56,623 nucleotides of DNA from Octopus bimaculoides. Taxonomy: Eukaryota. A program made the translations under genes and the position numbers. The notes beneath the pieces are model-generated. The model saw nothing but the letters and a program-made list of their open reading frames with translations, was not told where the DNA came from and ran no database searches. Within the stretch, counting starts at the first letter, position 1. The number at the start of each line of letters is the position of its first letter. The stretch lies in the NCBI RefSeq assembly GCF_001194135.2, contig NC_068988.1:16073181-16129803 (forward strand), written 5' to 3'. Positions 1 to 12,063 of the stretch are shown piece by piece.

Positions 1-35
<35 letters not shown>

Positions 36-499
36 TATCGGTATATAAGCATGATTGAAACCATATATGCCTGTATGCATTACGTTCTTTGTGAATATAA
101 GGCTGAGGCGACGAGATATCGTGCACGCCTCTACACGCCTTTCGTATTCTCATGATAGCATTACATTCCTTTCGGAAAAAGCCGACATTACAAAGCACAG
201 ACACTCATCCTGTTGATGTGTATGTTAGCTTTTCATAACAACATTCACTGACAATGCCGTAACCATGACAATAAATAAGAGAAATCAGTTATATACGACA
301 TGTTTCCGTATACAGAATTAATTAAAAAATAAGTAATTATTTTCTTGTTCCGCACACTAAGTTAATCAATATACACACATGCAGACGTGCATACCGAGAA
401 AAATATACATACACACTCACGAACTCATAGACACGTATATATATTTGTATATTCGCATTTGCATTTCACTAGGAAATGATGTTCTCACATATCTCTATA

Positions 500-675
500 C
501 ATATCTGCATATTGATGTTTTATATACATGTGTGTGTGTCGCTCTGTGTGTGTAGACACACACACACACACATACACATATATATATATGTATACTTATA
601 TCCACATACATACATATATACATATATATAATTATGTCTTCATATATAAATATATGTAGATATATGTGTGCGCAT

Positions 676-721
<46 letters not shown>

Positions 722-746
722 ACACACACATATATATACGTCTCTC

Positions 747-835
<89 letters not shown>

Positions 836-853
836 AAATGTGAATATATACAT

Positions 854-888
<35 letters not shown>

Positions 889-960
889 CATATATATATG
901 CAGTCATGAATGGATATACATACATATATATATATATGCATATATATATGCATACATACA
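500..960. repeat. Compound (TA)n/(CA)n/(TG)n microsatellite cluster
   Basis: Directly visible dinucleotide runs; source of the YIYI/HTHT pseudo-ORFs. Confidence 0.97.
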
Positions 961-1401
961 TGTATCTGTGAAAGAGAGGGACATGTATGCTCTCTCTACC
1001 TCGAGGGTAAAAACGGCATTGCATAACCAGAGACCCAAAATGATCTTCAGCGAATCGATTTGTTCAGTATAAATCATTTCGGTTTACTTGTAAAGAGTAA
1101 TTATGTATGTCTGCTGTGTATATGGGCCTAAGAGCTGTCTGACTTACGACATTGACTGTGCTATCACTAAGGTAGATGAACATTATTCAAGACAGTTATA
1201 TATCGAAACTGATCTTTGTGACTTGTCTGAAGAAACAATTCCATTAAATACAATGAGAGCGATTCTTTCTTAACATTTCTTAAAGAATAGATTGAAAACT
1301 ATAAAGGAATATAGAAAATGAGAGGGAGAGAGGAAGAGCGATATTGTACTTTATACATACTCTCTTATACCCAAGCATACATTTTCTATCTCTCAGTCTT
1401 T

Positions 1402-1404
<3 letters not shown>

Positions 1405-1480
<76 letters not shown>

Positions 1481-1638
1481 CAGAAAGAGAGAGAGAAGGT
1501 GGAGTTAGAGCGATATGTGTGTCACCTCTGCCTCCTCAATACATACACAGAAAGAGAGAGGGAGAAAAAGAAAGAAAGGGAAGGGAGACATGGATGGAGG
1601 GAGAGAGAGAGAGAGAAAGAGAGAGAGTAATAGGGAGA

Positions 1639-1681
<43 letters not shown>

Positions 1682-1691
1682 NNNNNNNNNN

Positions 1692-1735
<44 letters not shown>
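1405..1735. repeat. (TG)n-(TA)n followed by (GA)n microsatellites, with a 10-N gap at 1682-1691
   Basis: Directly visible. Confidence 0.97.
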
Positions 1736-1736
<1 letters not shown>

Positions 1737-2215
1737 AGGAATGCGCGAAAATGATGTACAATGAATAAAAGTGAAAGAGAACAAGGACAAAGAAAGAGTG
1801 AAAAAGTAGTAACGAAAGAAGAAGCTTGTGAAGAAAAACTAGAGAGGTGAATACAAGGGAGACAAGAGAGACCGAGAGAGAAGGGGAGGTAAGGGAGATA
1901 GAATTATAGATTGAGAGGAATTTTCAATGTCAAGACAAATTTGAGATAATTGTATAAATTAAAGAGTATTAAGCGTAGAGCGGAACAAGAAGAGAGAAAT
2001 GGATACAAAGAAAAGTTTAAGAAAGAAAGAAAGAAAGAATAAGAGAGAAAGAGAAAGAAAGAGAGAGAAAAGGGGAAGGGAGGAAGAAAAATACATGAGA
2101 ATTAAAAGGGAAGCTAAGAAGCAAATGTACGATGAATTTAATTTTATCGCAAACATAAATTAATGTTGTAAAACTTTTGTGAAAATCCCAATCAAAATAA
2201 AGTTTACTTTATTTC

Positions 2216-2592
2216 TAGGCGTAGGAGTGGCTGTGTGGTAACTAGCTTGCTTACCAAACCACATGGTTCCGGGTTCAGTACCACTGCGTGGCACCTTGGG
2301 CAAGTGTCTTCTACTGTAGCCTCGGGCCGACCAAAGCCTTGTGAGTGGATTTGGTAGACGGAAACTGAAAGAAGCCCGTCGTATATATGTATATATATAT
2401 GTATTTGTGTATGTGTTTGTGTGTCTGTGTTTGTCCCTCCAACATCGCTTGACAACCGATGGTGGTGTGTTTATGTGCCCGTAACTTAGCGGTTCGGCAA
2501 AAAGAGACCGATAGAATAAGTACTAGGCTTCCAAAGAATAAGTCCTAGGGTCGATGGCCGCAGTCAAAAGACTGAAACAAGTAAAAGGAGTA
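2216..2592 (+). mobile_element. tRNA-derived SINE, family A, near full length with a 29-bp internal deletion
   Basis: Head GGCGTAGGAGTGGCTGTGTGGTAA (A box-like) and GGTTCAGTACC (B box-like), body CACCTTGGGCAAGTGTCTTCTAC, central TA/TG microsatellite, tail CAGTCAAAAGACTGAAACAAGTAAAAG; reverse complement aligns to 19551-19945 and 38611-39031. Confidence 0.9.
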
Positions 2593-2730
2593 TATTTAGT
2601 TCTGTTTTACTTGCCAACACAATTTCTACGGTTTCGAATCCGGAAGTGCTCGATGTCACTATCTTCTGATGGCGTCATACAAGGTGGCCACAATTCATCT
2701 AGTGATGCGCAGGTTAAAATTTCGAGCAGA

Positions 2731-2870
2731 ATACGTGGTGTGGCTATGTGGTAAGAAGTTCGATCCCAAAATACATGGTTCCAAATCCAGTTCCGACTGC
2801 ATGAAACTCTGCTATAACTCCGGGATTTGGTAGACGGAACCTGAAAGAATCCCTTCATATATATATCTAT
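2731..2870 (+). mobile_element. Degenerate family A SINE, 5' part
   Basis: GTGTGGCTATGTGGTAAGAAG and GGATTTGGTAGACGGAACCTGAAAGAA match the family A head and body. Confidence 0.7.
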
Positions 2871-2879
2871 ATAATAAAA

Positions 2880-3070
2880 GAAGGAAACATACACAGTTTA
2901 CTTATAGTTTTAATATATTTTATAAGTGAAAGCGCATTGTGCTTGTCGACCGGTTTCGCTTTCGCTAATCATGACATTAAAATTATTGTATTTTCATATT
3001 TTCTTAAGAAGATTTTAGTCCATATCGTGAATGGGACTTTGTGAATGAAATCAATCAACTAGTAGAAAAA
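2880..3070 (-). mobile_element. Probable Penelope-like element 3' end relic with degenerate hammerhead
   Basis: Minus strand gives DFIHK then, after a frameshift, SRYGLKSS-stop (PLE endonuclease C-termini typically end in P-x-G-L-N), followed by a hammerhead-shaped motif at 2944-2976. Confidence 0.45.
2944..2976 (-). ncRNA. Degenerate minimal hammerhead ribozyme motif (PLE type)
   Basis: TGTC-ATGATTA-GC GAAA GC-GAAA-CCGGTC-GACA: stem I TGTC/GACA, stem II GC/GC with GAAA loop, palindromic ACCGGT stem III, GUC triplet; core differs from CUGAUGA at two positions. Confidence 0.5.
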
Positions 3071-3324
3071 TCTAAGGGGAGGTTATTGGTGATCGTTATC
3101 ATTCGGGACAGGGATGGTAATTGCTTATATTTTGGGGAGGGGATATATAAATATACAAAATCTCAAAAGCCAAAGTAGTGAGATAAAGTATTTTACAGAG
3201 ATGGGTACGTGAACATGAATCAAAATATATACTGAGACCAAAGTTGGTTATGCGTTCATTTTTAAGCGCATTTTGTTTAAATAGGGTTAAGTATTGCCTC
3301 TCGATATGTGTGGGTATTATGATT

Positions 3325-3565
3325 GTGTGTGTCTGCGTACGTATGTGTGTTTGTTTGTGTTTTTCCCTCACCACCACCTGACAACCGGTTGTATTGTTTA
3401 TGTACACGTAACGTAATGGTTCCGCAAAAGTCTTTGAAAAAAAGATATTTGGGTCAATTTGTTCGATTAAAATTTGGTTCGATTAAAATCCTTAAAACTC
3501 TTCAAGGCAGTGCCCCAATATGGCCATATTCAAACGACCGAAAGAAGTAAAAGATCAAGAATATA
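3325..3565 (+). mobile_element. Degenerate family A-related SINE, 3' half
   Basis: TG microsatellite then TGACAACCGGTTG...CGTAACGTAATGGTTCCGCAAAAG...GGCAGTGCCCCAATATGGCC...GAAAGAAGTAAAAGA. Confidence 0.65.
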
Positions 3566-4229
3566 TTTCCCATTGAGTGCAAGTGTTCAATCACAGATGA
3601 CCTAAACTTCGATGTTGCTGCCTTAACTCCTGTTCACCCTCGGTTGAATAAACATACAGGTGTTCATTTCAGAGTCTGTAGCTACATTTATTTCAGTGAA
3701 CTACATTAACGTATGTATCCTTTTCGTTTTAAGACTGTGGTGTTTAATTTGATCATCATTGCTATTTTTTAAAACGTTGTTGGATACTTCATATAACATT
3801 GTCTCTTTTGGTGGAAATTCTGTACTCAAAATACGTGGAAACATTCTGTGAAAATAAATCGGATGAAACATTAGTGTCCAGACGTTCAGAAAGAGTAGGA
3901 TACCGTAACCGGCAGTAGTCATAGATGGAATATGGGGTTAGATTTTAAACCCAAGGTAACTGGGGGATAGTGCTAGTATCAGTAATAAGAATTCCATTGG
4001 AGAAGTGAGTAGGAGTGCTTCATAAGTTCAACTGCCGTCACGAACGCTGTTGACAGATTTTTGAATGGTTGCCCTTCGTCAAAAAAGTGAAGAAGTGAGA
4101 AAAAAGGATTATGTTGTTTGAGATGTGGACAAGTAAAGATGTTTGAAATATATTTTTCAGATATAGTATGTATAATGAGTAGATATAGTTTTCTAATAAA
4201 GGTTTCTACCAGACATATTGAGCTATTAA

Positions 4230-4660
4230 ATAAAGTATTGTCATAGAACAGAGTAAAGCTGGCTGTTTTAACTGGTTTCCAGAGAGCAGGCTGAGGAATG
4301 GGTTTTCAAGAAAACTGATTGTGAACAGCAGTGTTTATCTTGCACTTAGAAAGTCGTTGTTATTCTTGTTGATTGAGCAAACTTATGATCAAGCTATTGT
4401 AGCCACATGTCTGATGAAATTATGACCATCTCGTATTTCTCACACAGTTTATCTTGAATATATTTTTCTCATTTAATTCAGTGTAAGTCAAGAATAGATG
4501 ATTGATCTTTGTAGCAGGTTGAGTGATATGCAGATGCTCTTTTATCGTGTCACTGTATTTTAGTCAGAAGTACATCAGATTTTAAGAGATGCTGATTATG
4601 AATCTGAGTGTCGCGAGGTCGAGTTTTCTTACAAGCAGAATCAATTTTTCTTTTAAGTAG
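4230..4660 (-). mobile_element. Possible highly degraded RTE-like LINE C-terminal relic
   Basis: Broken minus-strand frames give DKHCC and PQPALWKP, loosely resembling the RTE C-terminal GHC..R and LLLWKP motifs; many stops and frameshifts. Confidence 0.3.
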
Positions 4661-5574
4661 ATTTGTGTTCATGGTGTATTTCAGTGGAATAGATGAGCCA
4701 CAAACTATTACTTACTTTAAAATGTCAGCTACTACAAGATGTAGCTCTATGCTGGTTTGCATCATTGAATCGTGCAAGAACAACCATCTATAAGCTCTTT
4801 ATAACTTGGAGAGAGAAAGAGACTAGTTTCTTTCATCCCTGTGCATTATATCCATACAACATATTTTCCAATGAAATTACACACGTATATGAAAAAAAAA
4901 AAAAAAAAAACTAACACATTTTACTGTCTTTCAGTATTGAATATTATTCCTTTGGCTGGAAAATCCCCCGTGTATATCACCAAATTTCTATCAAGATGCA
5001 TCTCCTTTCTGCTTAACTCTGCAGAAACTGGAGATAAGACAACATGCTTTCCCCAAAGAGTTTTGAGTAATCGAATCTTGCTGAATGTTATTTGTGACTA
5101 GATTAATCTTAATTTTTTCTAGATGACTTGTTTAATTTCACTTTTGCCGCACCACTTCAAAGCTTTCCAAGCATAATCGGCATAAAAATGGATGAGGATG
5201 GATTTAACGACATGGCATTGTAAATCTTAGACAGATCCAGCCCGTTCAGTGATATCTAAAAAAAGGTGATATCTATTCTTATCTTAATAATGTATGTTAT
5301 AAATTACAATGAACTCATAATGAATAAAAACGCAGGGAAAATGTCGACTTATTTTATGAAAAGGTCTAAAACATATCGTTTTGGAATAAAAAACCATTCA
5401 CCAGTGGTAGCAAGCATCATATGACACACTACTATTTCGTCTTTTATTCAATCCCAAGAAGATCCAATGAGAATCTGCATCCAAATTCCTGGATGTAAGC
5501 ATGAAATAATGGCATAAGAGTAACAAAAAGGTATACATACAGGCACATAAACACACACACACACACACACACAC

Positions 5575-5704
5575 TTATTTAATCGACCCCGAAAGGATGA
5601 AAGGCAAAGTCGATTTCAGCGTAATTTGAACTCAGAACGTAATGGCAGACGAAATACCGCTAAGCATTTCGCCCGACATGCTAACGATTCTGTCAGCTCG
5701 CGCC
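5575..5704 (-). mobile_element. tRNA-derived SINE, family B, 5' half
   Basis: Reverse complement of the family B head (GGCG-CGAGCTGACAGAATCGTTAGCA...TTCTGAGTTCAAATT...CCTTTCATCCTTTCGGGGTCGAT); ends at a (CA)n tract. Confidence 0.88.
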
Positions 5705-6183
5705 CTATGGGGGACGAATATTACCTATTAGTAGGTTAAATATTAGCTACCGGCGCAAGAAGTTTCATGAATGCTCAGGAAGGATGTCATCACCTCTCAT
5801 TCAGAGAATTTTGCTCACGTAGCATTAGTTTTGGCGGAATAAGTAATGTTGGATACTTCTTGAACGCGCCTCGTATATATATATGTATGTATGTATGTAT
5901 ATATTACTTCCGCTCATTCCCCATCTCGTGACGGTCGTACACATACATTTACATTTCTCTATTTTCCCTTCTCCGCTCTATTCTCTCCATGTCCACTCCA
6001 TCTTTCAGAAGGAATGTTAATATTCGAAATATTAAAGCCATTACCCTTTTTCCTTCCATTGCCAGAGCGTGAAACTAGTACCAAATCGCTGCTTCTTTTT
6101 TCTACCTTGTCGCACCTGCTATATTTATAATTATATTTTCATCTGTATCAATAACTATATATACGTACACACACACACGCACG

Positions 6184-6265
<82 letters not shown>

Positions 6266-6879
6266 AATATAATTTTAGATTTATCGGACGAAAATTTTTA
6301 TTTCAGGCCATGAAATTTAAATTGTGAATTTAACTGCTGAGCGATTATATTCTCTTTATACATAATTTTGTTCAAGCCATTTTGAACGCTGTTATGTTTC
6401 GAGATTCTTTTTCCGATAAACTATAACTAGCGTGAAGAAAGATATCTTCATTACTGATCAATCAGCAATCCTCTCAATGAAGAATCGTTCGATATTTTCG
6501 AGTTGTGTCCACTTGAAAGACAATTATATTTATTTCAAGTAACAGCTGAAGATTTCGCTCGTGACTGATCAGAGAATATCAATTCATACAGCTATTTATA
6601 TCTATAGAACGATTTAAAAGACTCGGTGCTTGCTCAGCAACCAACTTTTAACATTATTTACTATAAACATGATGCTCCAGCACCCATCTGTTGTAGATCG
6701 TCAGTGTTGACTTGCTACACTGGGTATTAGGTTTCATAAAGCTTTCAAGTATGCTTGCACAATGATATGAATAGTTATATGCAGTAAATAATCGATGCGA
6801 ATGCTGCCCAAAGATATTGAAGTAGAAATATTTACTCATTTGTAAACTGATTAACATTAAGGAACAATTAAGGTACAGG

Positions 6880-6939
6880 CTACGTTACAGACTAATATTT
6901 TAATAGGGGGCTACATTAAAGACTAATATTTTAATAGGG
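6880..6939 (+). repeat. Tandem duplication of a ~31-bp unit at the SINE insertion site
   Basis: CTACGTTACAGACTAATATTTTAATAGGGGG (6880-6910) and CTACATTAAAGACTAATATTTTAATAGGG (6911-6939). Confidence 0.85.
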
Positions 6940-7173
6940 CGGCGAGCTGGCAGAATCATTAGCACGCCGGGTGAAATGCTTAGAGGTATTTCGTCTGCCG
7001 TTACGTTCTGAGTTCAAATTCTGCCGAGGTCGACTTAGCATTTCATCCTTTCGTAGTCAATTACATAAGTACCAGTTACGCACTGGGGTTGATCTAATCG
7101 ACTTAATCCCTTTGTCTGTCCTTGTTTCTTCCCTCTATCTTTCGCCCCCCCCCATGTGGGCAATAAAGAGATG
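6940..7173 (+). mobile_element. Full-length family B SINE with 15-bp TSD
   Basis: TSD AATATTTTAATAGGG at 6925-6939 and 7174-7188; closely similar to 54340-54566. Confidence 0.93.
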
Positions 7174-7380
7174 AATATTTTAATAGGGGGTGCCGTTGCA
7201 GATGGAAAAAAGGGGCGTAAATTGCCATGTTTACCCTCAGTTTAAAGAGGCAGAGCAGTATTTATTTATTTATTTATTTATGTGTTTCAGCCAAGTGGCT
7301 GCGGTCATGCTGGTGCACCACCGTGATGAAAAAAATAATTAAAAGAATTATGTAGATGCAAACTGTAAATGGTGAGCATC

Positions 7381-7755
7381 TTAAAGCATACAAACAAAAT
7401 ACCAATCATTGATTTCAAAAGTACTACAGGATTGGGCTGCCGAAAGGACTGTAGTATGCATGTGTGTATTTCTGAAGTCACAGCGTTTGGAAATTACCAT
7501 ATTCACCGAGGTGGAGAAATTTTTCCTTGAAATGTGAGCATAAACTTCATCCTCAGGGCCTAACAATTTGGCGTTGTCGAAGTTCAGTTCCTCAAGGAAA
7601 TCTTTGCGATCAGCATTGCCTTATGTAGAAGTGAAGAATTTGTCCTCTTTCTCGTTTATTTTGAAATACAGATAGTGAAAGTGAAAATACCTGGTGTACA
7701 ATCAGAATTGGACACCTGGTGGGTTGTAGCGTGTGTTTCCGCAAGAAAGTGACAT
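7381..7755 (-). pseudogene. Decayed 125-codon reading frame of unknown origin, possibly transposon-derived
   Basis: ATG at 7755 gives MSLSCGNTRYNPPGVQF*LYTRYFHFHYLYFKINEKEDKFFTST*GNADRKDFLEELNFDNAKLLGPEDEVYAHISRKNF...; complex composition, two in-frame stops. Confidence 0.35.
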
Positions 7756-8103
7756 TGAAGGAAGTTAAAATTTTAGAGAATTGGTCCGGAATAGATTTCG
7801 AGGTCCTATTACCAATGAAACAATAATGCGACGACGACGACGACCACCACCACCAACGGGAAGATGAGGAAAGGGCATTTGTCCTACTGCTCTTGGCTTC
7901 CGTGTTTTTATGGGGATTTTAAGAATAACACTCGGAAGTTCCTCTCTTTTGGAGAATTTTGAACATTTTGTGTCTTTGGTTTTTTGATTTTTTTCTATTG
8001 AAACGCTTTCATGTAACTATCTTCATGTAGCTGCACACTCTATCGTCCTGTACGGTCCTCAACCTGTTCATAGACAAATATTAGTTGATAAAGAAAACGC
8101 TCG

Positions 8104-8258
8104 TCTTCTTCTTCTTCTTCTTCTTCTTCTTCTTCTTCTTCTTCTTCTTCTTCTTCTTCTTCTTCTTCTTCTTCTTCTTCTTCTTCTTCTTCTTCTTCTT
8201 CTTCTTCTTCTTCTTCTTCTTCTTCTTCTTCTTCTTCTTCTTCTTCTTCTTCTTCTTC
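8104..8258. repeat. Pure (TTC)n/(GAA)n tract, about 155 bp
   Basis: Directly visible. Confidence 0.98.
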
Positions 8259-8468
8259 AGTAGTTTTATTTTTATAACGTGCTTTCACTTCACTACCGAG
8301 CGCAGCTCTGTGTGCCTTGGGTATGTGCTGTGGTTTGCTGTGGTGCTCTTATGTTTACTGTATTGAAAGTGTTTTGCGTAGGATGTGTGCTGTGCTCAGT
8401 AGTGCAATTTTCTGTATGTTATATATATTTGTAAGTCCTGGTGTTTTTGTTATGTATTTGTCTGAATA

Positions 8469-8473
<5 letters not shown>
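8259..8473 (-). mobile_element. 5'-truncated R4/Dong-type LINE 3' end (family 1)
   Basis: Minus strand 8473-8355 reads KYSDKYITKTPGLTNIYNIQKIALLSTAHILRKTLSIQ-stop, matching the QK.ALLGTA.IL.K C-terminus of REL-type R4/Dong elements; ~95-bp 3' UTR follows; flanked by (TAA)n and (GAA)n. Confidence 0.75.
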
Positions 8474-8509
<36 letters not shown>

Positions 8510-8529
8510 GTTATCGTAAAAATGATCAC

Positions 8530-8562
<33 letters not shown>

Positions 8563-9290
8563 CATCAATGCTGCTGCTGCTTTTTGATCAGGATTATTAT
8601 ATTGTTAATATGCAATAGCATCAGCAACGGAAGTTTCGTGTTTTACTGCTACTCATCAACTTGCCGTTTGTCGTTGGTGTTGCTGTTCTTATTCTTGTTC
8701 TTGTTTCTCCATCTACTTCTGCCATCAATCTAAACGTCTTAACAATAATTAACCTACATACGAAAAACTGTATTCAATTCTACATGATATTTAATACTAT
8801 GACAATCATAGTTATCGTCATCATTGGTCCTGTGTTTGTAGTTGCTGCTCTTATTGCTTCTAATATTATGCTTTTTATTACGTTTACAGCAGTTGTTGAT
8901 GTTGCTGTTGTTATGGTCTTTGCGTCTGTTTTTGATACATTTACCGATACTTTCAATTCCGTTATTTTTGTCTTCTTTGCGTCATCCTCACCACTTCACT
9001 GCTAACTTGTTGTTGTCGCTATAGTTCTTGCCGTTGCTTTCTCGGCTGCTGTTGTTGTTGTTGCTGCTATTGTTCATATTTCTTCCAATGAATTCTGTGT
9101 TCGCCTTTAGTTTTTTCTGTTACGTTGGTAGCTTTTTTTTCGTTGTTTATACTCTTAGTTCTGTTCGTTCTTCCCACATGTTCGTATTGATCTTATTGGA
9201 AATGTGAATCTTATCGATATTAATTTTTCTGTAGTGGTAGTAGTAGTAGCGGTAGTAGCAGCAGCAGCAACAGTAGTAGTAGTCGCTGAT
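8472..9290. repeat. Degenerate triplet low-complexity region (TTA/TGC/GTT/GTA)
   Basis: Directly visible mosaic of triplet runs. Confidence 0.8.
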
Positions 9291-9503
9291 TTTTAAATCC
9301 AAGATGGGGATATACCAACGGTATTGTTTCCACTTATGACTGTCCCGTTTAACTTAAGATGCATAAAAGAGAAACCCTCCAAAATCTTCCTCTTTTAAAG
9401 ACTGCTAAGTGTCATTAGACGGAAATTTGGTTGGTATTTCTAGCTGGTCGAGCAACCACGTAGAAACTCCCTCTTTATCTGTTCAATTTTGCAATTATTA
9501 ACA

Positions 9504-9723
9504 TAGGCGACGAGTTGGCAGAATCGTTAGCACAACAGGAAAATGCTTAGCGGCCTTTCGTCCGTCTTTACCTTCTGAGTTCAAATCCCGCCGAGGTCGA
9601 CTGTGCCTTTCACCCATTCGGGGCCGATAAAATAATTACCAGTTGCGCATTGGAGTCGATGTAATCGACTACTCCCCCTCCTCTCATATTTCAGGTATTG
9701 TGCCTATAGAAGAAAGGACTATT
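9504..9723 (+). mobile_element. Family B SINE, tail type ii
   Basis: Family B head and body plus tail ATTTCAGGTATTGTGCCTATAGAAGAAAGG. Confidence 0.85.
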
Positions 9724-9894
9724 GCAATAAGTCTTGGTATTATAGCTCTTAGCAAATTCTCTGTAGATGGAGCAGATAGAACAGAACCGATGTTTTTTTT
9801 ACTTTTCGTTATTTTATATCTTAGCAATGAATTTTGTAAGACCGAGTTCAGATTTGGTTTTATTATCTCAATCTTTGATTATGCACATATCTTT

Positions 9895-10198
9895 ATCTTT
9901 TATCTTTTACATGTTTCACTCATTAGACTGCGGTCATGCTGGGGCACTGCATTGAAGAGTTTTAGTAAAAAAAATCGTCTCCAGTACATATTTTTAAGGC
10001 ATGGTAATTATTCTATTGTCTGTTTTGTCCAACCGGTAAGTGACAGCGACGTTGACATACGTATAACGTTTGACAAGCGTTGGTAAGGCACAAACACAGA
10101 CTCAAAGATACACCATATATATATGTATATAGCTGAAGGATGAAAATTGATCGAAGGACATACTAGGTATGTCTACCTCACCAAATTTACTCGCAAAG

Positions 10199-10200
<2 letters not shown>
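9895..10200 (-). mobile_element. Old family A-related SINE
   Basis: TGTTTCACTCATTAGACTGCGGTCATGCTGGGGCACTGC ... ACCAAATTTACTCGCAAAGC matches the reverse complement of family A. Confidence 0.65.
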
Positions 10201-10267
<67 letters not shown>

Positions 10268-10990
10268 CATCTATCTATCTAAGGAAACATTAAAAGGTTT
10301 GAACAAAAGCCCAATACACAAATATTAACAGTGTATAGACAATAGTGTTAGCATGTATTGTAAGCCTAATACGTGGCCTACTTTCAATACAATAGAAAAT
10401 GCATGTTTTATTAGATTGACATTTGATGTGATGTTCGCGCCAAACACTCGCAAAAACAAAACAACATAACAAAAGGAAAAAATACACACTGCGAAAGCAT
10501 TTGTATTGAAGAGGAGAATGAAGGAGTCACAAATAACATACAAGAAAAGAAAGGCAAAAATATTTGGTAAAAGTATTATTATTAAATTCTATTACGGATT
10601 AAAATTTAAAATTGATGAAGGATTAGACTTGGATTAGATACAGTGAATATAATATACGAGAATTTAGAGCTTGTAAAATAATGATCTCTCCAAGTAATTA
10701 TACATAAAGTACATTGATCCATTATTAATACTGTCTGTGTTCCTGAAAACTAAGATACAAACATCAGAGGGCTGGCCATAAAATGGGCATGCTGTACAAT
10801 CCTAGAGCATGCCCTTTCCCCAAGTAAAGAAACAATACAAATGTATGTATGTATGTATGTATGTATGTATTTACGTATGTATATATGCATGTAACTAAGC
10901 TTGTACGTACATGTATATATGTATACGTATATGTATTTGTATATACCTACAAGCATATATATATATATATATATATGCATGTAGGTATGT

Positions 10991-11089
<99 letters not shown>

Positions 11090-11791
11090 CACATCTATCT
11101 ATCTATCTATCTATCTATTTAAAAACACACATGGACACACGCACGCACACAGACAGATACACAGACAGACATACACACGCTCACATATGAGTGGTGTATT
11201 GATTAAACATTAAATAATATCATTTAAATAATTAAACGATCAAATAATATTATTCCATAATTTTCACCTTTAATATGTATTTTGCACTAACACACAGCTG
11301 CAACTGAAACTACATATTGGATTGCAACACTGGAATAGGGAAATGTGCTTCGACTGGAAACTGCTGGATTTACCCAGGCTACTAATATAAGAATTATACA
11401 ACACGAAAATGGAAATATCAGGATTTAATAGCAAATTGCAACATTTGTTTCTGCACCAGACACTAGCCTTATATTGTCGATTTTCCAGGTTTGAAAGCTG
11501 GAATAGCAAAGTGTTGTGGTGGTAATGAAATAACTAAACAGAAGACGTTGAATCGGTAGCTGGCAAATGGGCTATCAAATATTTAGGCAAGCAAATTCTC
11601 AGCTTAAACACTCTCATTTGTGAGCGAGCGTTCTCTGCCTGCGACTAACTTAACTTATATAGACCAATGAAAGAATGTTTCTGCCGATCCCTTGAAATGC
11701 TATACTCTTCAATCCGAGACAAATGATTCTCGTCTAAGCAATCAAGTAATCCCGAAACTCCTAGTAGGAGCGGTATTTCATTTGTTTTTTC

Positions 11792-12023
11792 AGTACATGG
11801 AACAAATAGGGGATGCAAGTACATGGAACAAATAGGGGCTGCAATAAGGGTGGAACACTTTCAGAAAACAGCACTGTTTGGAACTGCTCGAATACTCAAG
11901 AAGGCGCTCCAAAAATAATTGTTGTTACCTTAGTTCACTGGTAGTGAACAGCTGACACCGTAGTACATTTCCAGTATTAGAAGCTGTGAAGATCGATGGA
12001 ATAATAATAATAATAATAATAAA

Positions 12024-12062
<39 letters not shown>
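11792..12062 (+). mobile_element. 5'-truncated R4/Dong-type LINE 3' end (family 2) with (AAT)n tail
   Basis: 11817-11918 reads KYMEQIGAAIRVEHFQKTALFGTARILKKALQK-stop; 3' UTR shared with the 32910 copy; (AAT)n tail at ~12000-12062. Confidence 0.8.

Positions 12063-12063
<1 letters not shown>

Noticed and set aside
2625-2680. Hammerhead-like CAGAAGA…GAAACCGTA on the minus strand
   Set aside because: Stem I does not pair and stem II does not close next to the core
7990-8035. GAAAC/GAAAG motifs suggesting a hammerhead
   Set aside because: No valid CUGANGA with paired helices on either strand
11590-11720. ICERAFS resembling the hAT dimerisation motif
   Set aside because: Short match among stops; no TIRs or further transposase sequence
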